A stretch of DNA of 63,852 nucleotides, counting the filler. It is 5 parts of 5 records of this genome, joined end to end, with 100 filler letters (N's around TTAATTAATTAA, not from the genome) between each part and the next. Parts side by side here need not be neighbours in the genome. Positions count along the whole stretch, not along the records: positions 1 to 22,695 come from DRR723986_11302; positions 22,796 to 35,356 come from DRR723986_11342; 3 more parts are not named here. One strand, given 5' to 3'. A program made the translations under genes and the position numbers. Every line of letters starts with the position of its first letter. The first letter of the stretch is position 1. Shown in pieces: positions 21,854 through 32,217 of the stretch. The notes beneath the pieces are model-generated. The model saw only the letters and a program-made list of their open reading frames with translations. It was not told the origin of the DNA and did no database searches.

Positions 21854-22695
21854 TTGATGGCCGAATCCACCCCAAAGTCTACGTCGCCCAGTCTCAATTT
21901 CTTCTTCACCGAGTCTGATTTAGACGAGGCAAAAACAGCCATGCTTGTTGAAGATGCTCTTCATGGCATGGATGACGGTGAACTTTATTTGGAATCAACT
22001 CAATCAGAATCGTTTACATTTGATGATGGCCGCCTAAAAGGCGCCAGCTTTGATTCAAGCCAGGGATTTGGCCTTCGTGCGGTTAGCGGCGAATCAACCG
22101 GCTATGCCCATTCCAACGAACTATCACATGATGCAATCAAACGCGCAGGCGCAACGGTTGGTGCTATTAAGTCCGGCGAAACTCATGTGATGAGCGGTGC
22201 ACCGGCTAGGACAAATAAGCAATTGTATGGCCCGGACAATCCCCTGATCGGCGTAGACTTCGATAAGAAAGTGTCACTACTGCAGGAAATAGATGCCTAC
22301 ACCCGCGCGCAAGACGACCGTATCCGACAGGTTAGCGCATCTATACTTGGTAGTTGGCAGTCTATAGAGATTATTCGAGCTGATGGCCACAGGGTGCGCG
22401 ACGTTCGGCCGCTTGTGCGCTTAAATGTATCTGTTGTCATGGGCGAAGGTGACCGGCAGGAAATGGGCTATGACGGCGCGGGCGGCAGGCAATCATACGA
22501 TTTCTTATTTGACGAATCGGCATGGCAAGCACAGGTACAAGAAGCCATCAGACAAGCAGACGTGAATTTGCAAAGTGTTGCAGCGCCTGCTGGAGAGATG
22601 ACAGTTGTGCTTGGTCCTGGCTGGCCCGGTATTTTGCTCCACGAAGCCATTGGCCACGGCCTTGAAGGCGACTTTAACCGCAAAAAAACATCCGC
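21854..22695 (+). CDS. tldD: Metalloprotease TldD (3' truncated by contig end)
   Basis: DDGELYLE, GFGLRAV, DVRPLVR and GWPGILLHEAIGHGLEGDFNRK motifs. Confidence 0.96.
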
Positions 22696-22795
22696 NNNNN
22701 NNNNNNNNNNNNNNNNNNNNNNNNNNNNNNNNNNNNNNNTTAATTAATTAANNNNNNNNNNNNNNNNNNNNNNNNNNNNNNNNNNNNNNNNNNNN
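22696..22795. other. Artificial contig spacer
   Basis: N44-TTAATTAATTAA-N44, giving stops in all six frames. Confidence 0.99.
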
Positions 22796-23695
22796 GGCCT
22801 CGTCTTCGCTCATGTGCTGGGTGTTCACCGAGACACCAACGACCTGACACGCAGGGTTCGCAACTTTGGCCAGATTCAACGCAGTGTCGCGCAGCGCCTC
22901 AAGCGATGGCTGCTGATAGCCCGGCAGACCGCGCATGTGCTCGCGTGTGGGTTCGTGGCTCAGAATCAGAGCATCTGGCTGACCGCCATGGATCAATGCC
23001 ATGGTCACACCCGAATACGACACGTGGAACAGCGATCCCTGACCTTCGATCAGATCCCAGTGATCTTCGTCGTTGTCAGGTGTCAGCCATTCAACCGAAC
23101 CCGCCATGAAATCTGCAATTACAGCGTCCAAAGGCACACCATCGCCAGTGATCAGAATGCCAGTCTGGCCAGTGGCGCGGAAAGTCGACTTCATGCCGCG
23201 ATCACGCATCTCTGCATCCATCGCCAATGCAGTGTACATCTTGCCTACAGAACAATCGGTTCCAACAGCCAAGCACCGCTTGCCTTTGCGCTTAACGCCA
23301 TTGGCAATTGGATAGTCGACTTCGGGCACACGCACATCGTGCAGTTTCTGTCCGGTGGCCTCAGCTACCGCAACCAGATCGGGTTCGTCACGCAGCAGGT
23401 TGTGCAGGCCAGAGGCCAGATCAAAGCCTTCTTCCAGCGCCATCACCAGAACTTTTTTCCATTCCTGACTGATCACGCCGCCACGGTTGGCAACACCAAT
23501 AACCAGCGTTTTGGCGCCAGCTTCGCGTGCCTCAACCAACCCCATGTCCTTAAGACCCAAATCGGCCTTGCAGTTGTCCATGCGGAACTGGCCCACGGCA
23601 TTTTCGGGGCGCCAATCTTTGATGCCCTGTGCCACTTTGGCTGCGAGTTGGTCGGGCGCATCGCCCAGGAACAACAGATACGGTGTCTCGATCAT
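22796..23695 (-). CDS. dgcN: D-glutamate N-acetyltransferase DgcN (DUF1611), 3' truncated
   Basis: PYLLFLGD, VGTDCSVGKM, FRATGQTGI and IEGQGSLFH motifs. Confidence 0.9.
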
Positions 23696-23884
23696 AGCAA
23701 TGCACTCCTATACTTGATTCCGGCGTACACTATTGCACCATCAAGACGAGCGTTTCTCGTTTTCCGTTAAAGAACCGCTATGCGACACAAGAAATCACCG
23801 AAAATTACCCTAAATGTGCAAATTTTTCCCGACATTCCTCTCAGGTTCGTGGTTCTTTGCGTGAAGAGGTGCCAAGACGGAAAA

Positions 23885-23912
23885 TGCTGCACGGGCAATG
23901 CTGCGCATGCAA
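23885..23912. promoter_or_regulatory. Tandem CTGC-N4-GCAA boxes (PhaR-like) upstream of mcl
   Basis: CTGC-ACGG-GCAA (23887-98) and CTGC-GCAT-GCAA (23901-12) in 14-bp register, just upstream of a TTGCAC -35-like hexamer. Confidence 0.4.
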
Positions 23913-23994
23913 ATCCACCTTGCACTAGCGCGCGTAATTTAATACCTCATTCCTTAGGAAAATCGCAATTTCATTACCCTTGAAAGGTGCCCGC

Positions 23995-24954
23995 ATGAGC
24001 TTTCGTATCCAGCCCGCCGCCCCGGCCCGCCCCAACCGCTGCCAATTGTTTGGCCCCGGGTCGAACACCAAACTGTTCCCGAAAATGGCGGCCTCTGCAG
24101 CGGATGTGATCAACCTTGATCTTGAAGACTCTGTCGCGCCTTCCGACAAAGACAGCGCGCGTGCCAACATCATCGAGGCACTGAACACCATTGATTGGGG
24201 CAACAAATACATGTCCGTCCGCATCAACGGCCTGGACACGCCATATTGGTATCGCGACGTGGTTGATGTTCTTGAACAGGCGGGCGACCGTATCGACCAA
24301 ATCATGATCCCCAAGGTAGGCTGTGCTGCGGATGTCTATGCGGTTGACGCATTGGTCACAGCAATTGAGCGCGCCAAGGGCCGCACCAAGCCCATCTCTT
24401 TCGAGGTCATCATCGAATCCGCGGCCGGTCTGGCACATGTCGAAGAAATCGCAGCATCGTCGCCCCGTATGCAGGCAATGAGCCTGGGCGCAGCTGACTT
24501 TGCAGCCTCGATGGGTATGCAAACCACTGGCATCGGCGGCACACAGGAAAACTATTACATGCTGCGCGACGGTGAAAAGCACTGGTCCGACCCATGGCAT
24601 TGGGCACAGGCGGCAATCGTTGCGGCCTGCCGGACCCACGGCGTTCTGCCCGTTGATGGCCCGTTTGGTGACTTCTCTGACGACGAAGGTTACATTGCGC
24701 AGGCCAAACGCTCTGCAACTTTGGGTATGGTTGGCAAATGGGCCATCCACCCCAAGCAAATCGCACTGGCAAACACAGTTTTCACCCCATCTGACGAGGC
24801 CGTCGCCGAAGCGCGCGAAATCCTTGCGGCGATGGAAACAGCCAAAGCCAACGGCGAAGGCGCAACCGTTTACAAAGGCCGTCTGGTCGACATCGCTTCG
24901 ATCAAACAAGCCGAAGTCATCGTCGCGCAATCTGAACTGATCGCCGCCGGCTGA
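23995..24954 (+). CDS. mcl1: L-malyl-CoA/beta-methylmalyl-CoA lyase
   Basis: MSFRIQPAAPARPNRCQLFGPGS, LDLEDSV, SLGAADF and GKWAIHPKQI motifs of the Rhodobacter-type Mcl1 (CitE fold). Confidence 0.93.
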   Translation: MSFRIQPAAPARPNRCQLFGPGSNTKLFPKMAASAADVINLDLEDSVAPSDKDSARANIIEALNTIDWGNKYMSVRINGLDTPYWYRDVVDVLEQAGDRIDQIMIPKVGCAADVYAVDALVTAIERAKGRTKPISFEVIIESAAGLAHVEEIAASSPRMQAMSLGAADFAASMGMQTTGIGGTQENYYMLRDGEKHWSDPWHWAQAAIVAACRTHGVLPVDGPFGDFSDDEGYIAQAKRSATLGMVGKWAIHPKQIALANTVFTPSDEAVAEAREILAAMETAKANGEGATVYKGRLVDIASIKQAEVIVAQSELIAAG

Positions 24955-24977
24955 CGTCCCCTGACACATTTCACGAC

Positions 24978-25005
24978 AAAGGGGCGTCCATCGGGCGCCC
25001 CTTTT
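24978..25005 (+). terminator. Terminator after mcl1
   Basis: GGGGCGTCC-atc-GGGCGCCCC-TTTT. Confidence 0.8.
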
Positions 25006-25021
25006 GCGTTATAGGTATCTT

Positions 25022-25645
25022 ATGACCAATGATCTGACCTTGTTTCACACCGCATCCGTGCATCGTGCCACATTCACTGAAATCGCGGCGCGCGTTGCTC
25101 CGGATGTTCAGCTCACGCATGTGGTGCGCCCTGATTGGTTAGAACGTGCGCAAGACGGCATCGATGCGACCTTATCCGCCGAAATCCAGCAGCTGATCGC
25201 CCAGTCCCCCAACGCCCTTTGCAGCTGCACCACCATTGGGGAAGAGGCCGCTTTAGCGGGGGCCTTGCGCATTGATCGCCCCATGATGGATCTGGCCGCA
25301 AGCACGGGCGGGCCTGTCCTGATGGCCTATTGTCTGGACAGCACGTTAGAACCGTCTCAGTCCTTGTTGACCGAAGCCTTTACCGCGTTTGACAAACCCG
25401 CGCGTATCGAGCCATTGCCCCTGACAGATCTGTGGCCCCTCTTTACATCGGATCAAACAGATCAGTTTGCACAGGCCATCGCCCGTCGGGTCGATGCAGC
25501 CGTCGAACAAAACCCCAATGTCACATGCGTTGTCCTGGCCCAAGCATCGATGGCATCAGCGGCACAATATACGGCCACCGATATTCAGGTTCTGTCTTCG
25601 CCAGAACTGGCCCTGCGCGCGGGATTGGGGCTACCGCTCACATAA
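25022..25645 (+). CDS. Asp/Glu racemase-fold hypothetical protein
   Basis: LFHTA, LCSCTTIG, RIDRPM and VVLAQASMA motifs typical of a single-Cys racemase-like family. Confidence 0.65.
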   Translation: MTNDLTLFHTASVHRATFTEIAARVAPDVQLTHVVRPDWLERAQDGIDATLSAEIQQLIAQSPNALCSCTTIGEEAALAGALRIDRPMMDLAASTGGPVLMAYCLDSTLEPSQSLLTEAFTAFDKPARIEPLPLTDLWPLFTSDQTDQFAQAIARRVDAAVEQNPNVTCVVLAQASMASAAQYTATDIQVLSSPELALRAGLGLPLT

Positions 25646-25669
25646 AAACGGGGCCAACGGCCCCGTTTT
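25645..25669. terminator. Bidirectional terminator
   Basis: AAAACGGGGCC-aac-GGCCCCGTTTT between convergent genes. Confidence 0.85.
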
Positions 25670-25677
25670 CGCATCTT

Positions 25678-26259
25678 TTAGTGCGCAAAAATGTTGTTCG
25701 GCGCCCATCTAAGCTTTGAACCTTTTTTGCCGACCTTCATCATCAGGCAAGACCCACCATATTTCTGAAAATAGACCATTTTCAGATCATACCAGCCTGC
25801 TTTAGGCACTTCGACTTCGACCCGCTGGTTGGCGTCGCACCCTTGGCGACCCGTAAAATAGCCGACAGACTGCCCACTAATACGGGCATCGATGCCATCG
25901 TTCGACCAGGTTTCGATCTGATAAACCCCAGCTTGATCAAACCGGATGTACCCGCGAATATCCGCAACGACATTATAGGGCTTTGGATAGGTCAACACAG
26001 GCTGGCCCTTATCTGTTTCCCGATAATCAAGCCCGCGCAACGGCTTCCCACGTTTGGTGCCAGATAACATTTGCTTGGCCGCATCAAGCGATTGAATCTT
26101 TGAAGGGGGCTCACCACCCCAGGCGTATTTGACCGACAGGCCCGCTTTGGGGCTCGAAGGTTGCGGGCTCGCCGGTTTCAATTTCATCGGTGCAGCCGCC
26201 ACTGCCGTTGCACACAACAACGACAAACCTACGAGCGCTCCAGTCCAGATGGCTTTCAT
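25678..26259 (-). CDS. Secreted PA14-domain protein
   Basis: Signal peptide; GYIRFDQAGVY, SNDG and GWYDLKMVYFQKYGG, a PA14-like pattern. Confidence 0.75.
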   Translation of the reverse strand: MKAIWTGALVGLSLLCATAVAAAPMKLKPASPQPSSPKAGLSVKYAWGGEPPSKIQSLDAAKQMLSGTKRGKPLRGLDYRETDKGQPVLTYPKPYNVVADIRGYIRFDQAGVYQIETWSNDGIDARISGQSVGYFTGRQGCDANQRVEVEVPKAGWYDLKMVYFQKYGGSCLMMKVGKKGSKLRWAPNNIFAH

Positions 26260-26378
26260 CTTTTTCTCCCTGTTTTGGCGTCACTGCTGGCTTGTGCCAA
26301 TCTTTTGCAACGAAATCGCGACAAGCTTAGGCAGCAAAACTTTAGGCTACAAGGGGCATCGCGTTCACTTTTTCCCGG

Positions 26379-26831
26379 TTACGCACGCAAATCCTTGGGC
26401 GAGCCCAGCACAACGTACGACGTGATCGACGTGACATGCGGCAATGTCCCCAGCACTTCGGTGTGGAAAATCTTATAGCTTTGCAAATCCGCACATTCGA
26501 CCCGCAGCAGGTATTCAATCGTCCCCGTGGTATTGTGACATTCCACCACCTCCGAGGATTGCTGCAACGCCCGTTCAAATCCTTCTTGGGCTGCCTTGCT
26601 GTGTTCCCCCAGCCCAACCCCAAGATAAGCTACAAATCCAATCCCATTTGCCACGGGATCCAACACAGCCCGATAACCACTGATCACCCCAGAGCGTTCT
26701 AATTCCTGCACCCGACGCAAACAGGCCGAGGGGGACAGGCCCACCCGTTCCGCAAGGTCCAAGTTACTGATCCGGCCATCACGCGTTAACTCGCGCAATA
26801 TCCGGCGATTTATTTCATCCATCTTAGCCAT
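26379..26831 (-). CDS. Lrp/AsnC family regulator
   Basis: DGRISNLDLAERVGLSPSACLRRV HTH plus RAM domain; divergent from LysE. Confidence 0.95.
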   Translation of the reverse strand: MAKMDEINRRILRELTRDGRISNLDLAERVGLSPSACLRRVQELERSGVISGYRAVLDPVANGIGFVAYLGVGLGEHSKAAQEGFERALQQSSEVVECHNTTGTIEYLLRVECADLQSYKIFHTEVLGTLPHVTSITSYVVLGSPKDLRA

Positions 26832-26903
26832 ATATTGCGAAGAATTATCAATATCACAGAAAAATGCAATTTCATTTGACGCTCAAGCAACGATTTTAGC
26901 GCT

Positions 26904-27500
26904 ATGATATTTAGCACCCTCCCCGCCCTCATGGCTTTCGCCTTTGTGTCCTCGATCACGCCAGGACCGAATAACCTGATGCTGATGGCGTCGGGCGCCA
27001 ATTTCGGCTTTCGCCGGACCGTTCCGCATATGTTGGGAATCGGGCTGGGCTTCACTTTCATGGCGCTGGTGGTAGGCGCCGGGCTTATCCAAATTTTCAA
27101 CGCCTTCCCCATCACCTACACCGCACTAAAAACCGCATCTGTGGTCTACTTGCTATATCTGGCGTGGAAAATTGCCAATGCGGCCCCGGTTCACGAACAG
27201 GATGCCACTGGCACCCCGATGACCTTTTTACAAGCGGCCGCGTTTCAATGGGTGAACCCAAAGGCCTGGACGATGGCGCTGACTGCAATCTCGGCCTATG
27301 CGCCAAACCAAAGCTATTCTGGCATTTTGCTTGTTGCCTTGGTGTTTGGTGCCGTGAATTTGCCCTCAGTCAGCGTTTGGACAGTACTAGGGCAGCAAAT
27401 GGCGCGGATCCTCACGAACCCGCGCCGCATGATTCTGTTCAATTGGACCATGGCGGCCCTACTGGTCCTGTCGCTTTATCCGGTGCTCTGGCCAAACTAG
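26904..27500 (+). CDS. LysE/RhtB family amino-acid exporter
   Basis: ITPGPNN, YLLYLAWKIA and FQWVNPKAW motifs. Confidence 0.95.
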   Translation: MIFSTLPALMAFAFVSSITPGPNNLMLMASGANFGFRRTVPHMLGIGLGFTFMALVVGAGLIQIFNAFPITYTALKTASVVYLLYLAWKIANAAPVHEQDATGTPMTFLQAAAFQWVNPKAWTMALTAISAYAPNQSYSGILLVALVFGAVNLPSVSVWTVLGQQMARILTNPRRMILFNWTMAALLVLSLYPVLWPN

Positions 27501-27514
27501 ACCAGAAACACACC

Positions 27515-28348
27515 TTAGGCCAAAGGCAGGCAAAGTTCAGTGATCAACTCATCAGGTGCTGTATCTCGTGGGTTGTTCAGGCTGATTTCGTAACACGGTC
27601 TGTCTGCGGGCTCCTCCCCCGACGCTGGCAACCACTGACCAAACAAAGTTCCATAGGCGGCAGCGATACCAGCATAGGGGCCTTTGTAGGTCAAAACCGC
27701 CGTACGCCCCCCGTCGATCTCGAACACCTCCATTCCTTCGGGGATCTCTTTGCCACGCCACTCTGCGCCGGCAAAGCTGGTCAGATCGGCTTCGGGGGTC
27801 ACGTCGGGGTTATCAAGATACACCCCGATCACATTCCCCACTTGGGGCCACAACCCGCGGGACTGGCACATTGCGCCGAATTTTTCAAAACTCTGGCCAA
27901 TTTCATAATACGGCCCCTTGTGGCGCAGCACGGCAAGGCTTCGTTTGGGTTCAACTCTAACTTCAATAGGGTGCATCGGAAAACTCTCTGGATCAGGTTT
28001 GAGTAAAGGCGCACGCAGGCGCCCAGCTTTGCGAAATGGATCAGGGCGTTGGCCATACCCTTCGCCAAAGGCGCGGGAAAAGCTGCCAACATTGGGATAC
28101 CCACATTTACGGGCGACTTGGTTCAGTGGCCAATCCGTTTGAACCAACCACACCGCAGCACGGTTCAAACGCATGCGACGCACTGTTTGGGCGCAGGTTT
28201 CCCCAGTCATCGCCCGAAACACCCGGTGCCAATGGAACCGGGACATCGCCGCCTCATCTGCAAGCCGATCCAGTGACAAATCCCCAGCGGGGTTATCGTG
28301 GATATAGCTCAGCACACGCAAAAGACGGTCTTCGTAATTGGTGGTCAT
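27515..28348 (-). CDS. AraC family regulator with GyrI-like effector domain
   Basis: SRFHWHRVF HTH; HKGPY, YKGPY and ELITEL GyrI-like motifs. Confidence 0.92.
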   Translation of the reverse strand: MTTNYEDRLLRVLSYIHDNPAGDLSLDRLADEAAMSRFHWHRVFRAMTGETCAQTVRRMRLNRAAVWLVQTDWPLNQVARKCGYPNVGSFSRAFGEGYGQRPDPFRKAGRLRAPLLKPDPESFPMHPIEVRVEPKRSLAVLRHKGPYYEIGQSFEKFGAMCQSRGLWPQVGNVIGVYLDNPDVTPEADLTSFAGAEWRGKEIPEGMEVFEIDGGRTAVLTYKGPYAGIAAAYGTLFGQWLPASGEEPADRPCYEISLNNPRDTAPDELITELCLPLA

Positions 28349-28473
28349 CGGTCCTTAACCCTGTCAATTTCACACCCTAAGAGATGGCATGAACACAATG
28401 CACAAATCTTGCTGAGTTGCATCTGGCGCGACCTGAGGTCATATAACCCCCAAACCCCGCGTTGAGAGGCGTC

Positions 28474-29436
28474 ATGACTCAGTATCTGGATTTCGAAAAA
28501 CCGCTGGCCGAGATTGAAGGCAAAGCAGAAGAGCTGCGCGCACTGGCGCGGGCCAACGAAGAGATGGACGTGGCTGATGAAGCCGCCGCTTTGGATGCCA
28601 AGGCAGCAACTCTGCTTGATGATCTCTACAAAGATCTGACCCCGTGGCGAAAATGCCAGGTGGCCCGTCACCCAGAGCGCCCGCATTGCAAAGATTACAT
28701 CAAGGCCTTGTTCACCGAGTACACGCCGCTCGCCGGGGATCGGAACTTTGCTGACGATCTGGCCGTCATGGGCGGTTTGGCGCGGTTCAACGGGGAACCC
28801 GTCATGGTGATTGGCCATGAAAAAGGCAGCGATACAAAATCGCGCATCCGTCACAATTTCGGCATGGCGCGACCCGAAGGATATCGCAAAGGCGTACGCC
28901 TGATGGAAATGGCCGGCCGTTTTGGCCTACCCGTTCTCACCATTGTGGACACCACCGGCGCCTATGCTGGCAAAGGAGCCGAAGAGCGCGGCCAATCCGA
29001 AGCAATTGCCCGCTCCACCGAAATGTCCCTGCAGATTGGCGTGCCCGTCGTGTCTGTGATCATCGGCGAAGGCGGGTCTGGTGGGGCTGTGGCCTTTGCA
29101 TCCTCCAACCGGATCGCAATGCTGGAACATTCGGTTTATTCCGTGATTTCTCCCGAAGGTTGCGCTTCGATCCTGTGGAAAGATGCGGGTAAAATGCGCG
29201 AAGCCGCCGAAGCCCTGCGCCTGACGGCCCAAGATGTCCACAAACTGGGCGTCGTAGATCGTGTCATCCCTGAACCCAAGGGCGGCGCCCACCGGGACGC
29301 TGAGGCAACCATTGCATCAGTTGGCAAAGCGTTCGCAGAAATGCTGGATGACCTGAAAGATCTCGATGCCAAAGGTCTAATCAATGACCGGCGTCAGAAA
29401 TTCCTGAATCTCGGCACCAAGGGTCTGACGGCCTAA
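28474..29436 (+). CDS. accA: Acetyl-CoA carboxylase carboxyltransferase alpha subunit
   Basis: [22 protein letters not shown] and [14 protein letters not shown] motifs. Confidence 0.98.
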   Translation: MTQYLDFEKPLAEIEGKAEELRALARANEEMDVADEAAALDAKAATLLDDLYKDLTPWRKCQVARHPERPHCKDYIKALFTEYTPLAGDRNFADDLAVMGGLARFNGEPVMVIGHEKGSDTKSRIRHNFGMARPEGYRKGVRLMEMAGRFGLPVLTIVDTTGAYAGKGAEERGQSEAIARSTEMSLQIGVPVVSVIIGEGGSGGAVAFASSNRIAMLEHSVYSVISPEGCASILWKDAGKMREAAEALRLTAQDVHKLGVVDRVIPEPKGGAHRDAEATIASVGKAFAEMLDDLKDLDAKGLINDRRQKFLNLGTKGLTA

Positions 29437-29439
29437 TAC

Positions 29440-29467
29440 GAAAACGGGGCGTGTTTTCACGCCCCGC
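29440..29467. terminator. Terminator hairpin between accA and the transglycosylase
   Basis: AAAA-CGGGGCGTG-tttt-CACGCCCCG, with the U-tract on the minus strand. Confidence 0.75.
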
Positions 29468-29481
29468 CATTCCAAAGCCAC

Positions 29482-30618
29482 TTACCGCAAACGCTGCAAC
29501 AACGCCTGTGACGGTGTGCCCGTTACCGGTAATCCTTGGCTATTCTCATAGCCACTAATTGCAGCGATAGATTTGGGGCCGATTACACCATCCGCCCCGC
29601 CCGTATCAAACCCCGCTTTGGTCAACCGCTCTTGCAGTTCTTTCCGATCGTTCAACGTCAGGCCATTTTTGTCGGGACCAAAGGGCGTTTTGAGCGGCCC
29701 GCCACCTGCGATACGGTCCGCCAGATGCCCGACGCCCAGCGCATAGCTGTCTGAGTTATTGTACCGCTTGATCACCTGAAAATTACGGAACACAGCAAAC
29801 TTGGGCCCCGGCACCTGTGGCTGCAGAACCGAAACCGGCGTTGCAGAGCTGGCCGCCGCCGACCCGACCTCGCCGCCCCATGTTTGCCCTCGCACCCAGC
29901 CGGACCGCTTCAAATATGCGGCTGCGGACGCCAATGCATCCGTTGGATCATCAGACCAGATATCACGCCGTCCATCGCCCGTGAAATCGACTGCATAAGC
30001 CAGATACGAAGTTGGAATAAACTGGGTGTGCCCCATCGCCCCGGCCCAACTGCCCGTCATATTGGCCGGTGTGGTATCCCCGTTTTGCAAGATCTTCAGC
30101 GCCGCAATGAGCTGTTTCTCAAAGAACACGCCGCGCCGCCCGTCATACGCTAGTGTCGAGAGGGCAGAAATCACCGGAATATCGCCGCGTCGCGCGCCAT
30201 AACGGCTTTCCAAACCCCAAATGGCCAGAACGATCTGCTTTGGAACCCCGTATTCCGCTTCGATCCGCGACAACAGAGACCCGTGTTTCTGTAGCATCTG
30301 TTTGCCGGTTGCGATCCGCTCATCCGACGCGGCAATGGCAAGGTAGTCTTCGAGCGTGCGTTTGAATTCGGTCTGGTTGCCGTCCCGCTTGATCACAATC
30401 GGCAGGTATCCAGCCCCGCGAAAGGCGCGATCAATTGTGGATTGTGAAATCCCTTGCCCAACGGCACGCGTTTTGAACCCTGCAACCCAAGTGTCCCACC
30501 CTGAGTTGGGTACGGCCTGCACGCGCGGCTTGGGCGCTGATACGGGCGCGCTACCTCCGCCACAGGCCGACAACATCAATGCACTTAAGCCAACTGAAAA
30601 TCCACGTCTGTCAATCAT
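29482..30618 (-). CDS. Lytic murein transglycosylase (MltB/SLT_2 family) with PG-binding domain
   Basis: IWGLESRYG, GSWAGAMGHTQFIPTSY, YNNS and C-terminal DGVIG; lipoprotein-like N-terminus (LSAC). Confidence 0.93.
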   Translation of the reverse strand: MIDRRGFSVGLSALMLSACGGGSAPVSAPKPRVQAVPNSGWDTWVAGFKTRAVGQGISQSTIDRAFRGAGYLPIVIKRDGNQTEFKRTLEDYLAIAASDERIATGKQMLQKHGSLLSRIEAEYGVPKQIVLAIWGLESRYGARRGDIPVISALSTLAYDGRRGVFFEKQLIAALKILQNGDTTPANMTGSWAGAMGHTQFIPTSYLAYAVDFTGDGRRDIWSDDPTDALASAAAYLKRSGWVRGQTWGGEVGSAAASSATPVSVLQPQVPGPKFAVFRNFQVIKRYNNSDSYALGVGHLADRIAGGGPLKTPFGPDKNGLTLNDRKELQERLTKAGFDTGGADGVIGPKSIAAISGYENSQGLPVTGTPSQALLQRLR

Positions 30619-30661
30619 AACGAAATCACCTGCTCATTGTTTTGCAGGTAGGATACCGTGA

Positions 30662-31450
30662 TCAGCCGCGCCAAACCAGAAGACGTTTCTCCATTTGCCC
30701 CACGATCCAGCTGATCAGCACGCCCAAGGCGGATAAGATCACAACACCGGCAAACAACCGCTCAAGATCATACAGCGATCCCGCCTGCAGGATGTATGCC
30801 CCAATCCCGTATTCCGCCCCCAGCATCTCAGCAGCGACCAACAAGATGATACCGATTGCCAACGACACACGCAGACCAGACAAGATACCGGGCAAGGCCC
30901 CCGGCAGCACAATCTTTCGCACAATCGACCACCAGCTAAGGTTAAAACTCTGCCCCATGCGGATCAAACCGCGATCCACGTTGTCCACCGCGCCATAGGT
31001 CGACACCACCGTTGGCGTAAAGGTACCAAGCGCGATCAGGGCATATTTTGACCCCTCATCAATCCCAAACCAGATCACGAACAAAGGCAGCAGTGCAATT
31101 TTGGGAATCGGGAACATCGCCGCGACCAACGGAACCAATCCGGCGCGCACGTATGAAAACAGGCCGATCATGACCCCAACGCCAATGCCAACACTTATAC
31201 CTAGCGTCGCACCCACAACGAGCCGTGTCAGCGACGGAACCAAATGGGTCCACAACATCCCAGACCGAGCCAAGCCAGCCAGTGTCGCCCCCACATCAGA
31301 CGGCCGCGGCAACGTCAGATTAGATATCCAACCAGCCCGCGTGCCCCACTCGATAACGAGCAACAGCACCACAAACACCACTAGCCCCGCGCCACGCTTG
31401 GCCTCGGGTCTGAATCCGCCTCCTCGAAACCGGACCAGTTGCTCAGACAT
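30662..31450 (-). CDS. NitT/TauT family ABC permease
   Basis: LPRPSDV, PIPKIALLPLF..WFG and LVAAEM motifs. Confidence 0.93.
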   Translation of the reverse strand: MSEQLVRFRGGGFRPEAKRGAGLVVFVVLLLVIEWGTRAGWISNLTLPRPSDVGATLAGLARSGMLWTHLVPSLTRLVVGATLGISVGIGVGVMIGLFSYVRAGLVPLVAAMFPIPKIALLPLFVIWFGIDEGSKYALIALGTFTPTVVSTYGAVDNVDRGLIRMGQSFNLSWWSIVRKIVLPGALPGILSGLRVSLAIGIILLVAAEMLGAEYGIGAYILQAGSLYDLERLFAGVVILSALGVLISWIVGQMEKRLLVWRG

Positions 31451-32210
31451 TCATTAGCTCCTGATCTGCGGCAAGTGCCTCTTCACGCATCAGATCCCAT
31501 AGGCGCTTTTGCAAGGCCTCCAATTCGGGATCTCCTGCGCGGCGTTCTGTAAGTGGGCGATCAATTTCAATGACCTCTCGAATGCAACCCGGACGACGCG
31601 ACAGAACCGCAATCCGATGTCCCAACCGCACCGCCTCGGCCAAATTGTGGGTGACGTAGACCCCAGTAAAGGGCTGGCGCGCCCATAGCCCAACCAAGTC
31701 ATCCATCAGCAATTCGCGCGTTTGCGCATCCAAGGCCGACAAGGGCTCATCCAACAGCATGACCGCCGGATTCACCGCTAAAGCCCGCGCGATGGCAACC
31801 CGCTGCTTCATCCCGCCTGACAGTTGCCGTGGCAAAGCATCGCGAAAGTCGCTCAGCTTTGTCCGCGCCAGTACATCAGTTATGATACGGTCTATTTCAC
31901 CGCCCTTGAGCCCATGATCTTCGAGCACCAGCGAGATATTTCCCGCGACAGTCCGCCATGGCAACAATGCGAAATCCTGAAAGACAAACGTCAGCGGGTT
32001 GAGGCACCCTTGGGGCGCCTCGCCAACCTGCGTGACCTGGCCCTGATCCGGGCGTTCCAATCCGCCAATCATCCGTAAAAGGGTCGATTTTCCACATCCT
32101 GACGGCCCGATCACGCAGAGGATCTCTCCGTCAGGGATGTGCAAAGAAATATCATCCAGCACCAGCATGTCGCCATACCGGTGCGTGATTTTGTTAAGAG
32201 ACAGGTCCAT
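31443..32210 (-). CDS. NitT/TauT family ABC ATPase
   Basis: GPSGCGKS, LSGGMKQR and LLDEPLSALD motifs. Confidence 0.95.
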   Translation of the reverse strand: MDLSLNKITHRYGDMLVLDDISLHIPDGEILCVIGPSGCGKSTLLRMIGGLERPDQGQVTQVGEAPQGCLNPLTFVFQDFALLPWRTVAGNISLVLEDHGLKGGEIDRIITDVLARTKLSDFRDALPRQLSGGMKQRVAIARALAVNPAVMLLDEPLSALDAQTRELLMDDLVGLWARQPFTGVYVTHNLAEAVRLGHRIAVLSRRPGCIREVIEIDRPLTERRAGDPELEALQKRLWDLMREEALAADQELMNV

Positions 32211-32217
32211 GAGTGAC

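Noticed and set aside
22740..22751. Repeated TTAATTAATTAA as a biological repeat or CRISPR-like unit
   Set aside because: It is always embedded in N runs with identical geometry, so it is a synthetic linker.
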